Positions 9,588 to 18,744 of a stretch of DNA of 24,830 nucleotides are shown piece by piece. Numbering within the stretch: position 1 is the stretch's first letter; every line of letters starts with the position of its first letter. The DNA is from Candidatus Spyradenecus sp. (GTDB lineage Bacteria; Verrucomicrobiota; Verrucomicrobiia; Opitutales; UBA953). The stretch is from NCBI GenBank assembly GCA_045535075.1, contig JAZSKX010000008.1:1-24830 (forward strand), written 5' to 3'. The position numbers were made by a program, and so were the translations under genes. The notes below the pieces were generated by a model. That model worked only from the letters and a program-made list of their open reading frames with translations, was not told the origin of the DNA and searched no databases.

Positions 9588-10835
9588 ATGAAAATCTTAG
9601 TTACGGGAGCAAAAGGATTTGTCGGAAAAAATCTTTGCGCCGAGTTAAAAAATATTCGCGACGGGAAGGCGCGTTGCTACGGAGATTTGAAAATTGAAGA
9701 AATCTTCGAATACGACATTGATTCCGATCCGGCTTCGCTGGACGGATTTTGCGCGGATGCAGATTTCGTTTTTAATCTCGCCGGAGTAAATCGTCCCAAA
9801 GACCAAAGCGAGTTCATGGCGGGCAATTTCGGCTTTGCCTCTACCCTGCTCGACACGCTCAAAAAGCACGGGAACGCGTGTCCGGTCATGCTGAGCAGCT
9901 CGATTCAGGCGACGCTCATCGGTCGCTACGGCGAATCCGATTACGGGAAAAGCAAGCTTGCAGGCGAGGAGCTTTTCTTTGATTACTCAAAAGAATCCGG
10001 AGCAAAAGTTTTGGTTTATCGCTTCCCGAATCTTTTCGGAAAATGGTGCCGCCCGAACTACAACAGCGCCGTTGCGACATTTTGCAACAACACGGCAAAC
10101 GATCTGCCGATTACGGTTAACGATCGCGCAATCGAGCTCGAATTGCTCTACATCGACGACCTCGTCGCGGAAATGATTGCCGCACTCAAAGGCGGAGAGC
10201 ATCACTGCGAGTTCGACGGAGTGAAAACGGTTTTAACGGAAAACGGACGCTACTGCGCCGCTCCCGTCACGCACCATGTTACTCTCGGAGAAATCGTCGA
10301 TTTGCTTGAACAATTTAAAAACGTTCCCGCGACGATTCTGATGCCGGAAATCCCGGCGAATTCTTTCGCCAAAAAGCTTTATTCTACTTATCTGAGCTAC
10401 CTGCCGAAAGAGAAAGCGGCGTTCCCGCTGAAGATGAACGTCGATGCGCGAGGAAGTTTTACGGAACTTCTGAAAACGCAAAAATGCGGACAATTCAGCG
10501 TCAACATCAGCAAGCCCGGTATCACAAAAGGTCAGCATTGGCACCACACGAAATGGGAATTCTTTATCGTCGTCGCAGGAAAAGCATTGATACAACAGCG
10601 CAAAGTCGGCACGGACGAAGTGCTGAATTTTGAGGTTTCCGGAGAAAAAATCGAAGCGGTGCATATGCTTCCGGGCTATACGCACAACATTATCAACCTC
10701 TCCGAAACGGAAGACCTTGTCACGGTCATGTGGGCAAACGAAGCCTTCGATCCCGCCCGTCCGGACACGTATTTTGATCCGGTTAAAAAAGAAAATTGCC
10801 CACGAATTTCACCGAGACACACTGATTTAAGATGA
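9588..10835 (+). CDS. fnlB: UDP-2-acetamido-2,6-dideoxy-hexulose reductase with C-terminal cupin (FnlB/WbjC/CapF)
   Basis: TGAKGFVGKNL, NLAGVNRP, SSSIQA, YGKSK, FGKWCRPNYNS, cupin KGQHWHHTKWEFFIVV, PGYTHNI. Confidence 0.92.
   Translation: MKILVTGAKGFVGKNLCAELKNIRDGKARCYGDLKIEEIFEYDIDSDPASLDGFCADADFVFNLAGVNRPKDQSEFMAGNFGFASTLLDTLKKHGNACPVMLSSSIQATLIGRYGESDYGKSKLAGEELFFDYSKESGAKVLVYRFPNLFGKWCRPNYNSAVATFCNNTANDLPITVNDRAIELELLYIDDLVAEMIAALKGGEHHCEFDGVKTVLTENGRYCAAPVTHHVTLGEIVDLLEQFKNVPATILMPEIPANSFAKKLYSTYLSYLPKEKAAFPLKMNVDARGSFTELLKTQKCGQFSVNISKPGITKGQHWHHTKWEFFIVVAGKALIQQRKVGTDEVLNFEVSGEKIEAVHMLPGYTHNIINLSETEDLVTVMWANEAFDPARPDTYFDPVKKENCPRISPRHTDLR
10799..10828. repeat. Left arm of the inverted repeat enclosing the GxxExxY gene
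   Basis: CCCACGAATTTCACCGAGACACAC resembles the reverse complement of 11221-11248 (TCCCACGGATTTTACGGATAACACGAAA). Confidence 0.65.
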
Positions 10836-11218
10836 AAGAAAGTGATATTACTTATCTGATTCGCGGAGCAATTTTTGACACCTACAACACTCTCGGTCCC
10901 GGGTTGCTGGAAAGCGTCTATGAAGAAGCTTTAATCTATTTCATGGAGAAGCGGGGACTTAGCGTCGAACGACAAGTTTCCGTTCCCGTCGTCATCGAAG
11001 GGCACCGACTGGCTTCCGACTTAAAAATCGATATTTTGGTGGAAAAAAAAGTCGTTGTAGAAATTAAATCCGTCCTTGAGATGAAAGACGTTTTTCACTT
11101 GCAGACACTAACTTACCTTAAACTTTCAAATTTACATCGCGGAATCTTGGTGAATTTCAACACCTCCGAAATCCAAAATTCAATTTGGAGCAAAGTAAAC
11201 GGCTACGAAGAAAAATAA
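10832..11218 (+). CDS. GxxExxY protein (PD-(D/E)XK nuclease-like)
   Basis: LGPGLLESVYEEAL, DILVEKKVVVEIKS, QTLTYLK, GILVNF. Confidence 0.92.
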   Translation: MKESDITYLIRGAIFDTYNTLGPGLLESVYEEALIYFMEKRGLSVERQVSVPVVIEGHRLASDLKIDILVEKKVVVEIKSVLEMKDVFHLQTLTYLKLSNLHRGILVNFNTSEIQNSIWSKVNGYEEK

Positions 11219-11220
11219 CG

Positions 11221-11248
11221 TTTCGTGTTATCCGTAAAATCCGTGGGA
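11221..11248. repeat. Right arm of the inverted repeat enclosing the GxxExxY gene
   Basis: TTTCGTGTTATCCGTAAAATCCGTGGGA; imperfectly complementary to 10799-10828. Confidence 0.65.
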
Positions 11249-11258
11249 AACATTTACA

Positions 11259-12434
11259 ATGAAAACGAACTACGACGACATTCAATTCCAAAACAACGGC
11301 AAGCTCAAGCTGCTCATCATCGTCGGCACGCGTCCGGAAATCATCCGCCTCGCCGCCGTCATCAACAAATGCCGCAAATATTTTGACGTCGTTCTCGCCC
11401 ACACCGGACAAAACTACGACTACAACCTCAACGGCGTTTTCTTTAAAGATTTAAAACTCGCCGATCCCGAAGTTTACATGGATGCCGTCGGCGACGACCT
11501 CGGCTCCACCGTCGGGAACATCATCGCAGCTTCCTATAAGCTGATGGCGGCAATTAAGCCCGATGCCATGCTCATTCTCGGAGATACAAACAGTTGTCTC
11601 AGTGCCATTCCCGCAAAACGCCTCCACATCCCGATTTTCCACATGGAAGCCGGAAACCGGTGCAAAGACGAATGTCTTCCGGAAGAAACCAACCGCCGCA
11701 TCGTCGATATCATCAGTGACGTCAATCTTTGCTACAGCGAGCACGCGCGCCGCTACTTGGCGGATAACGGATTGCCGAAGGAACGCACTTACGTTACGGG
11801 ATCGCCGATGGCGGAAGTCCTTCACGCAAATTTGAAAGACATCGAAGCAAGCGACGTTCACGCCCGCCTCGGCTTGGAAAAAGGACGCTATATGCTCCTC
11901 AGTGCTCATCGCGAAGAAAACATCGATACGGAAAAAAATTTCACGAGCCTGTTCAATGCGATTAACGCGCTGGCGGAAAAGTACGACATGCCGATTCTTT
12001 ACAGTTGCCACCCGCGTTCCCGCAACCGCTTGGAGCAAAGCGGCTTTCAACTGGACAAACGCGTTATCCGACACGAGCCGCTCGGTTTCCACGATTACAA
12101 TTGCCTGCAAATGAACGCTTTCGCCGTTATCAGCGACAGCGGCACACTTCCGGAAGAAAGCAGCTTTTTCACTTCTGTCGGCAAACCGTTTCCGGCTGTC
12201 TGCATCCGCACGAGCACCGAACGTCCGGAAGCACTCGACAAAGCCTGCTTTGTTCTCGCCGGGATCGACGAAAAATCACTCCTGCAAGCCGTCGACATTG
12301 CCGTCGAAATGAACCGTAACGGCGACCACGGCATTCCCGTTCCCGTTTACACGGAAGATGTTTCGAACAAAGTCGTAAAGCTCATACAAAGCTATACCGG
12401 CGTCGTCGACAAAATGGTTTGGCGCAAGTTTTAA
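11259..12434 (+). CDS. fnlC: UDP-2-acetamido-2,6-dideoxy-L-talose 2-epimerase (FnlC/WbjD/CapG, non-hydrolysing 2-epimerase family)
   Basis: VGTRPEIIRL, HTGQNYD, LGDTNS, HMEAGNRC, PEETNRR, HREEN, SDSGT, STERPEA; syntenic with fnlA and fnlB. Confidence 0.9.
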   Translation: MKTNYDDIQFQNNGKLKLLIIVGTRPEIIRLAAVINKCRKYFDVVLAHTGQNYDYNLNGVFFKDLKLADPEVYMDAVGDDLGSTVGNIIAASYKLMAAIKPDAMLILGDTNSCLSAIPAKRLHIPIFHMEAGNRCKDECLPEETNRRIVDIISDVNLCYSEHARRYLADNGLPKERTYVTGSPMAEVLHANLKDIEASDVHARLGLEKGRYMLLSAHREENIDTEKNFTSLFNAINALAEKYDMPILYSCHPRSRNRLEQSGFQLDKRVIRHEPLGFHDYNCLQMNAFAVISDSGTLPEESSFFTSVGKPFPAVCIRTSTERPEALDKACFVLAGIDEKSLLQAVDIAVEMNRNGDHGIPVPVYTEDVSNKVVKLIQSYTGVVDKMVWRKF

Positions 12435-12452
12435 ACAACACCTCCCGATTTA

Positions 12453-12518
12453 TCTCACACAGATTTCTCAAATAACTCAGATAAAAAATCGGCGTCTATC
12501 TGCGCGATCTGCGTGAGA
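12453..12518. repeat. Intergenic imperfect hairpin, same repeat family
   Basis: TCTCACACAGATTTCTCAAATAACTCAGAT pairs imperfectly with ATCGGCGTCTATCTGCGCGATCTGCGTGAGA. Confidence 0.7.
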
Positions 12519-12534
12519 ATAAAAAAGCGTAACC

Positions 12535-12945
12535 ATGAAAATCATTTCACAAAAAATCCTCGCCGACGTTCACGCGCAAGCCAAGGCAAGCCCGCGTCTG
12601 CGCATGAACTACAATCTCCACGAAACGATGGACGAAAACGTCCACAAGCTCGTGAACTCGCTCCAGCCGGGAACGCTCATGCCGATTCATCGGCATTTAC
12701 ACCCTCCGAAAAAAGAAACTTTCGTCATGCTTGCAGGAGCACTCGAATTGAAAATCTACAACGACGACGGGAGCGTCCGCGAATCCCATATTCTCTCCCG
12801 AGAAAGCGGAAAACTTGTCGCCGAAATCATGCCCGACGAATGGCATTCTTTCACTGTTCTTGAACCCGACACCGCCATTCTCGAAATCAAACCCGGTCCC
12901 TACCTACCCTTTCAAGACATCGACCTGCTACCCGCCGGGAACTAA
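12535..12945 (+). CDS. wbuC: WbuC-family cupin-fold protein
   Basis: AKASPRLRMNYNLH, LQPGT..PIHRH, ETF, EWHS, ILEIKPGPY; typical companion of fnl/wbuB clusters. Confidence 0.85.
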   Translation: MKIISQKILADVHAQAKASPRLRMNYNLHETMDENVHKLVNSLQPGTLMPIHRHLHPPKKETFVMLAGALELKIYNDDGSVRESHILSRESGKLVAEIMPDEWHSFTVLEPDTAILEIKPGPYLPFQDIDLLPAGN

Positions 12946-12998
12946 CATCCCCTCCGATCGCCACCCGCCAGAAGCTAACCACCAAGCACCAATTCGCC

Positions 12999-14198
12999 AT
13001 GAAGATTCTTTTCCTTACGATTTCGATGCCGAATATGAGCGGAAGCTCCAATATGTATGCTTCGCTCGTCAAAGAATTTGCCCGCAACGGACACGATGTT
13101 TGCGTGGTCGCGCCGATTGTCGGAGACAAGGAAGAAACAAAAATCGTCCGACACGGAGACCGCATTCGCATTTTGCAGGTGAAATCGCTCCCGCTCTTCG
13201 GAGTAAACCTTGTGCGCAAAGGCATTGCGAACGTTCTGTTGCCTTTTGTCTATCAGCGCGCAATCGACAAGCATTTGCGCGGAGAAAAATTTGATCTCAT
13301 CATCACGCCAACGCCTCCGATTACGCTTGCGAACGTTGTCGCAAAAATGAAAAAGCGTTCCCGTGCCAAAACGTATCTGATTCTTCGAGACATTTTCCCG
13401 CAAAATGCCGTCGACCTCGGCTTCATGAAAAAATGGTGGCCGCTCTATTGGCATTTTCGCCGCCAAGAGAAAAAACTTTATCGCGTTTGCGACAAAATCG
13501 GGTGCATGTCGCAGGGAAATATTGATTACATCCGCAAACACAATCCGGAAGTGCCGACGGAAAAACTCCACATTCTAGAAAACTTCCAAACCGTTGAGCC
13601 GCTCGTTCCCGCGACGGAAGATCTGAAGGCAAAATACGGTGTAGGAGGAAAATTCGTCGTCATTTTCGGAGGGAACATGGGCGTCCCGCAAAAACTGGAA
13701 AACGTTCTCGGGCTTGCCAAAGCCTGCGAAGCGGACTATCCGGATGTCGTTTTTCTGCTTGTCGGCAAAGGCGTGCAACAGGCACGTATCCGAAAAATGA
13801 TTACGGAAATGAATCTCTCGAACACGATTCTAAAAGATTTTATTCCGTATCAGGATTACCAAAAGCTCGTCGCGCAGTGCGATATCGGGCTCATCTCGCT
13901 CAACGAACGCTTTACGATCCCGAACATTCCGAGCAAAACACTTTCGTATTTTAATCTGAAAATTCCCGTGCTCGCCTCGCTCGATGCGGCAACGGACTAC
14001 GGAAAAATTTTGGGAAGCATCAATGCCGGACTGTGGTCGTCCGCCGGAGACGTTCCCGCGTTTAAGGCGAATTTCGACAGGCTCTACCGCGCCCCCGAGC
14101 TACGCAAGCAAATGGGCGAAAACGGTCGCCGCTATCTCGAAACCCACATGAGCGACAAAGTCGCCTACCGCGTCGTCATGGACGCCGTCGGCGACTAA
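12999..14198 (+). CDS. wbuB: Glycosyltransferase family 4, WbuB-like (putative L-FucNAc transferase)
   Basis: TPPIT, YLILRDIFPQNAVDLG, GCMSQGN, FGGNMGVPQ, PNIPSKTLSY; follows fnlABC. Substrate inferred from context. Confidence 0.8.
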   Translation: MKILFLTISMPNMSGSSNMYASLVKEFARNGHDVCVVAPIVGDKEETKIVRHGDRIRILQVKSLPLFGVNLVRKGIANVLLPFVYQRAIDKHLRGEKFDLIITPTPPITLANVVAKMKKRSRAKTYLILRDIFPQNAVDLGFMKKWWPLYWHFRRQEKKLYRVCDKIGCMSQGNIDYIRKHNPEVPTEKLHILENFQTVEPLVPATEDLKAKYGVGGKFVVIFGGNMGVPQKLENVLGLAKACEADYPDVVFLLVGKGVQQARIRKMITEMNLSNTILKDFIPYQDYQKLVAQCDIGLISLNERFTIPNIPSKTLSYFNLKIPVLASLDAATDYGKILGSINAGLWSSAGDVPAFKANFDRLYRAPELRKQMGENGRRYLETHMSDKVAYRVVMDAVGD

Positions 14199-14201
14199 CG
14201 G

Positions 14202-15518
14202 CTAAGCATCAATCGCCGAAGCATGTTCTTTTGCGATTGAGCGAAACCCGCGGCTTATGCGTGTATCGTCGGAGACTCTTTCCCAAAATTGTTTTGCCAT
14301 ACGCGCCGACAATTCGTCCGGCGCAAACAGGCGCAACGCCCGCTGCGGAAACGAAGAATCCGCGCGCACTCTGTATGCCATCGGCAACATATCGTAGATC
14401 GGAGCCATCACAAACGGGAAGCGGTCGGCAACCATGAAACTCAGATTGCCCCAGTGCATATCATCGTTCCCGATTGAGCGTCCGAAATTTTCCACGGCAA
14501 TGACCTGCTCAAGCGTCTTACGAGAAAATATTCCCATCGAAACTCCGGCACTCACCATACCACGCCAAGACGTGCATCCGCTTCCGATTAACGCCGGCTC
14601 GATTGACGCCAACGAACAAGTCCAACGCCGACCGCGCGCGCCGACCCGATCGATTCGTTCACTTTCCAAAAAACAACGACCATCCGCAAAAACGAGTTCC
14701 GCCGCAGGAACGGGAATTCCTGCGCCCCTCAGGACTTCGCCCGCCCAATATTCGGCAATCAGCAAATCGGCACGTCGTTCTTCCGCAGGTAGATCCAGAT
14801 TCCCCGAAAACTTTACGATGACCTGACGCGCCCGCCCGTTCCCGTCAGAAACCGCCGTAACGAACTTCGGTTGTTCTCCCGCCGCTGACGAACCCGGCAT
14901 TCCTCCGGCAAGCGCATTTTCCGCTAATGTCGCATAAGCTCGCTCCCGATCGCTTTCGGACACGGCGTTCGTACTTCCGGATAAAAAACGCTCTCGCGAA
15001 TACTCCCCGACAATCAAAGCCCCGGGCTCGTCTCCTCCGTATCGCAACAGATAGCGCAATATCGCATCATCATCCCAATCCTGCGGAGATTGCGGAAAAC
15101 CGCCCTCCGAGCCAAGCGCCCGAGTAATCGCACGACCGAGGTAACCTTGCGGACGCATTTCATGGAGAAACCAAGGAAGCGATTCGAAAATTCCGTCCCG
15201 AAAATCCCCTTCAGAAAGAGACGGTGTTTCCGTCGCCGGATTAAATAAAAATCCGCCGTGCAAAACAGAGAGCGCCCCCAACTCCACAACAAACCCCTGT
15301 TCATTCACTCGAAAGATAGGAATCGCCGCTTGTTCCCGAAGCGAAAAATAACGGGAACGTGGTCCGCGCCCCACACAAACGACGTTGCGGGATAATGAGG
15401 AAAGCAAACGGCTCATCGTCGGTTGGCTGACGGAAAAACGTGCACAAAGTTCCCGCGAACTCTTCCCGCCGCTCGCATTTAAAAAACTTAAAACGCCCTC
15501 TATCGAAACCTTCGCCAT
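14202..15518 (-). CDS. yjjJ: HipA-family Ser/Thr kinase toxin YjjJ-like, with N-terminal HTH
   Basis: N-terminal HTH VSQPTMSRLL, LPWFLHEMRPQGYLGR, GSSAAGEQPKF, GNDDMHWGNLSF, APIYDMLPM. Confidence 0.88.
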   Translation of the reverse strand: MAKVSIEGVLSFLNASGGKSSRELCARFSVSQPTMSRLLSSLSRNVVCVGRGPRSRYFSLREQAAIPIFRVNEQGFVVELGALSVLHGGFLFNPATETPSLSEGDFRDGIFESLPWFLHEMRPQGYLGRAITRALGSEGGFPQSPQDWDDDAILRYLLRYGGDEPGALIVGEYSRERFLSGSTNAVSESDRERAYATLAENALAGGMPGSSAAGEQPKFVTAVSDGNGRARQVIVKFSGNLDLPAEERRADLLIAEYWAGEVLRGAGIPVPAAELVFADGRCFLESERIDRVGARGRRWTCSLASIEPALIGSGCTSWRGMVSAGVSMGIFSRKTLEQVIAVENFGRSIGNDDMHWGNLSFMVADRFPFVMAPIYDMLPMAYRVRADSSFPQRALRLFAPDELSARMAKQFWERVSDDTRISRGFRSIAKEHASAIDA

Positions 15519-15719
15519 TTTGAATAGATTATTTTTAATAATAATCCTTTATTTAAGCTAATTTCAACAAATTAACGAATAAATTATGAATAGCCCACTA
15601 TACACACAACAGTGATTAAAATCCGATGGTTGACCATAGCAATTGAGCTCCGGTAAGCGTTTCACGTGGGTTACGCAAATGCGAATCGAACGGGCGTACC
15701 CAGAGTCCCTCTCTAATCT

Positions 15720-16937
15720 TTATCCTACCTCTCCGTAGAGGCTCAAATACTCCGCCCAGCGGTCTTCCTTGCGGAAGCAGGAAAGCGCACGGGAACGGCA
15801 AGCCGGAGAATAAGCGGCTTTGCCGCGGGAACGAATTGCTTCAATCGCGGAAATCACACCGTCAATGTCGCCCTGTTCGACAACGAATCCGGTGTTTTCG
15901 TCGATAGCTTCCGGAGAACCGCCCGTTTTGTAAGTGCAAACGGGAGTGCCGCACGCCAAAGCCTCGATATTTACCGTCGGGAAATTGTCCTCGTAGGTCG
16001 GGTTGAGAAACAAATCCGCCGCAGAATACAAGTCCGCCAAGGCTTCCACGCTTTCTGTTCTGCGAATGCCGACAATTCCCGCCGGGAGCTCTGAAATCTG
16101 TTTTTCCGACAAGCCGACCAAGACAATCGCTAAATCCTTTTCCGGAGCACGTTCCCGCAATTTTACAAAATCCGAAAAACCTTTTTTCTCGCCCCAAACA
16201 CTCGCACAGCCCAAGGCAATAAAACGCTTCCCGAGCCCGTATTTTGCCCGCACGGCATTCCCGTTGCCTTTCGGAGAAAAAACCTCCGTGTCCGTTCCGT
16301 TGTAAATACGGAAAATCTTTTTATTTCCCAAGAACGATTCTCGCGTAATGCCCGCCAACCAATCCGAGACCGGAACGAGTGTCAGATTTTTTACGGAAGA
16401 AAACAACTCCCGCTTCTGCGCCCAATTTTTACGGGAACGGTCAAAAAGTAAGCTCGCCGGGTATTCCCGCGTTTGCGGACAGGAAAAACAGCCGCTTTTC
16501 CATTTTTCACATCCTACAAAAGTAAAATGGGAACAATGCCCCGTAAACGACCAACAGTCGTGAAGCGTCCAAACCACGGGAACGTTCACTTGCGCTAACC
16601 ATTTAAAAAGCACGTCGATGTTCAGGTAGTAGCCGTGAACATTGTGCAGATGAATCACATCCGGAGAAAGTTTCTCCGCATCACGGATAAACGCTTCCGT
16701 TGCCTTGCGCGAACCGAAACCCGCATCATCAAAAATACGCGAACGCAGCCCGTGCAAAAGCACGTCTCGGTCGCTCCCGATACGAATCAACTCCGAACGG
16801 CTCGGGCGCGGATTGCGTCCGTAAGCAATCACGCTTCGCCATCCCGTAGCCATCGCGGTGTGCCCAATCTCCTCGGCAATCCGCCCCGTCGATCCGGAAT
16901 TAACCACCGTGTTTATCTGTAGAAGGGTTTTAGCCAT
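15720..16937 (-). CDS. Glycosyltransferase family 4 (WcaC-like)
   Basis: LLQINTVVNSGSTGRIA, DVIHLHNVHGYY, VVWTLHDCWSFTGHC, KKGFSDF, EDNFPTVNIEALACGTPV. ATG at 16937. Confidence 0.88.
   Translation of the reverse strand: MAKTLLQINTVVNSGSTGRIAEEIGHTAMATGWRSVIAYGRNPRPSRSELIRIGSDRDVLLHGLRSRIFDDAGFGSRKATEAFIRDAEKLSPDVIHLHNVHGYYLNIDVLFKWLAQVNVPVVWTLHDCWSFTGHCSHFTFVGCEKWKSGCFSCPQTREYPASLLFDRSRKNWAQKRELFSSVKNLTLVPVSDWLAGITRESFLGNKKIFRIYNGTDTEVFSPKGNGNAVRAKYGLGKRFIALGCASVWGEKKGFSDFVKLRERAPEKDLAIVLVGLSEKQISELPAGIVGIRRTESVEALADLYSAADLFLNPTYEDNFPTVNIEALACGTPVCTYKTGGSPEAIDENTGFVVEQGDIDGVISAIEAIRSRGKAAYSPACRSRALSCFRKEDRWAEYLSLYGEVG
16870..16937 (-). repeat. 68-bp direct repeat, copy in the intact GT4 5' end
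   Basis: 66/68 identical to 18750-18817, including a 53-bp perfect stretch. Confidence 0.92.
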
Positions 16938-16977
16938 GAAACAAATTTTCTTACAAAAAAAATCATCCGAAAAAAAC

Positions 16978-17054
16978 ATCCACGAATTTCACAAGTACGC
17001 AAATTTTATTTGAAGAACCATTAGCCATTCGTGAAATTAGTGTAATTCGTGGAT
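16978..17054. repeat. Hairpin repeat downstream of the AlbA_2/HATPase gene
   Basis: ATCCACGAATTTCAC ... ATTCGTGAAATTAGTGTAATTCGTGGAT. 17026-17055 is 28/30 identical to 18716-18745. Confidence 0.85.
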
Positions 17055-17059
17055 CCTTT

Positions 17060-18541
17060 CTAATGTTCTACCGCAACATACCGCTGATTCCGACTTGTCG
17101 GCTTATCCGGAATCGTTCGGGCGAGAAGACACTTTTCGATTAAGGGCGTAATATACTTTTTGCGCACCCAGTTTTTATCTTTCACTCCGATAGCCCGGGA
17201 AATTTCCGTAATGCTTCTCGGAGTCGCACAAAGCTTCAGAATGATCCTCTCGAAAGGCGAAAGCAAAGAAATAGAGCTAGGGGTGTGACTAGGGGTGTGA
17301 CTAGGGGTGTGACAGCTATCCGGATCCACCGCGTCCTCTTCGTAAATGAAGTTGCAAGATTTTGAAACACCACAACAAAAAACAGTTTGTTTTCCGACAT
17401 CAAACTGTACTTTACCATTTCCGTTTTCCGAAAATTCTTTTTGGGCTAAAGCGATTCCGCGGTTAAACCGATTTACATACCCTAAAACCTTCAATGCCTC
17501 CGCAATAATAGGATTCCGATAGTCATTCACATCCGGAAAATTTTCCGGACGAGCCAATCCGTAAAGCCCACCGGGATTTGTAATCTCCACACGATCCGAG
17601 TATTCATAAAATTTTATCGGAGCGTTTGCCTGATAGTCCCGGTGCATAACCGCATTAAGAACCAACTCGCGCATCGCCCAATGCGGATAAGCGACAACGA
17701 ATTCCTCTCGCAATGCACTTGCCGGAACAGGACGCCGCTTGGCAATCCCCGCCTCAATAAACGAATCCAGCTTCACCAACATCTCAACGAGATTTCCGGA
17801 AAATTTAAACTCACTCAAAATAGGGGTACTGTTGCCTGTCCCGCCGAATTTTACATATTGAAGATACCCGCCAAAGAAAAAGTATTCCGGATTTTTCCCG
17901 AAAAGCAAAAGTCCCGCATTCGTAGGACACCCGTTTAGCGTATCATAAAAGCGAAGTGACGCCATTTTTTGTAGCAACGACCGGTCATCTTCTTCCAAGA
18001 TTTTTGCATCAACCGCACGCGGCAAATAATGACTTCTAAATAAGTCGAGCCGTAAATCTTCATCACGCGCATCAAACCTCGGTGTCGCATCAAATGTTAA
18101 ATCATAACTTTTTTGCCGTTCTCGCAAAGTACGTTCGTCCGATTCGGTCGCCACGGCTTTCCGCGGACCGACACGCACCCAAATTTTTCCGCGATAGCGC
18201 ACCGGAAGATTCTTCGACGGTGTCACTTCAAGAACCGCAATATCGCCTTCGGGGAATGAAAATTTGGCAACCGTTATTGTCGGCGACGGCAGTAAATTTC
18301 CGTCAGCACGAATTCCGGAAAAATTCCGCATTTGCTCATCCGAAATCCGTAATCCGGCAATTTTCCCGTCATCCTCAACTCCGATCAATAAATGTCCGGG
18401 AAGTCCTCCTCCCGAAAGATCATTTGCAAACGCACAGACCGCTTCTCCGAATTTATCCGTATCGCGAGTTGAAATCGTCTTTTCAAGACGATCGCTTTCC
18501 GGAAGTCTTATGAGTTTCCGCACGTCCTGTTCGGTAATCAT
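17060..18541 (-). CDS. AlbA_2 (Schlafen-like) + HATPase_c_4 + C-terminal HTH protein (often annotated as RecG-like helicase or transcriptional regulator)
   Basis: ESDRLEK, VCAFAN, LLIGVEDDG, RELVLNAVMHRDY, RVEITNPGGLYG, YRNPIIAEA, C-terminal TIPDKPTSRNQRY. ATG at 18541 with GGAGG upstream. Confidence 0.85.
   Translation of the reverse strand: MITEQDVRKLIRLPESDRLEKTISTRDTDKFGEAVCAFANDLSGGGLPGHLLIGVEDDGKIAGLRISDEQMRNFSGIRADGNLLPSPTITVAKFSFPEGDIAVLEVTPSKNLPVRYRGKIWVRVGPRKAVATESDERTLRERQKSYDLTFDATPRFDARDEDLRLDLFRSHYLPRAVDAKILEEDDRSLLQKMASLRFYDTLNGCPTNAGLLLFGKNPEYFFFGGYLQYVKFGGTGNSTPILSEFKFSGNLVEMLVKLDSFIEAGIAKRRPVPASALREEFVVAYPHWAMRELVLNAVMHRDYQANAPIKFYEYSDRVEITNPGGLYGLARPENFPDVNDYRNPIIAEALKVLGYVNRFNRGIALAQKEFSENGNGKVQFDVGKQTVFCCGVSKSCNFIYEEDAVDPDSCHTPSHTPSHTPSSISLLSPFERIILKLCATPRSITEISRAIGVKDKNWVRKKYITPLIEKCLLARTIPDKPTSRNQRYVAVEH
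17277..17312. repeat. 12-bp tandem repeat x3 (CTAGGGGTGTGA) encoding an HTPS linker
   Basis: Three perfect copies within the CDS, just before the C-terminal HTH. Confidence 0.9.
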
Positions 18542-18644
18542 CGTGCACCTCCGCGAAGAAAAAATCCTGAAATACGGGAAATGTTCATGACACAAATTCT
18601 CCCAAAATCGTAATTCCCCCGCAAGAGCAGAATTCCTAAAAATC

Positions 18645-18744
18645 ATCCACGAATTACACGAATCACACGGATTTTAAGATGGGAAAAGATGGGAACCGTA
18701 ACACGCGTTCCCCTTCATTCGTGAAATTAGTGCAATCCGTGGAT
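18645..18744. repeat. Hairpin repeat upstream of the AlbA_2/HATPase gene
   Basis: ATCCACGAATTACACGAATCACACGGAT ... ATTCGTGAAATTAGTGCAATCCGTGGAT. Confidence 0.85.

Noticed and set aside
12946..12998. C/A-rich spacer (CTAACCACCAAGCACCA) as a 7-nt periodic repeat
   Set aside because: Too short and degenerate to support.
15630..15660. Possible third recombination site (CGGTAAGC, also near 1879) that would make a multi-site shufflon inverting the fnl block
   Set aside because: Only 8 bp match one arm; the spacer and second arm are absent. Further sites outside the window cannot be excluded.
18542..18646. N-terminal extension of the 528-aa ORF; similar extensions at 6350-6499, 16938-16979 and 19932-19985
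   Set aside because: Family homology begins at the downstream ATGs, and the extensions run through repeats, promoter regions or neighbouring genes.
16978..18744. Hairpin repeats as a CRISPR array or integron attC sites
   Set aside because: No regular repeat-spacer periodicity and no cas genes. No RYYYAAC/GTTRRRY ends, and the recombinase shows no evident IntI-specific features.
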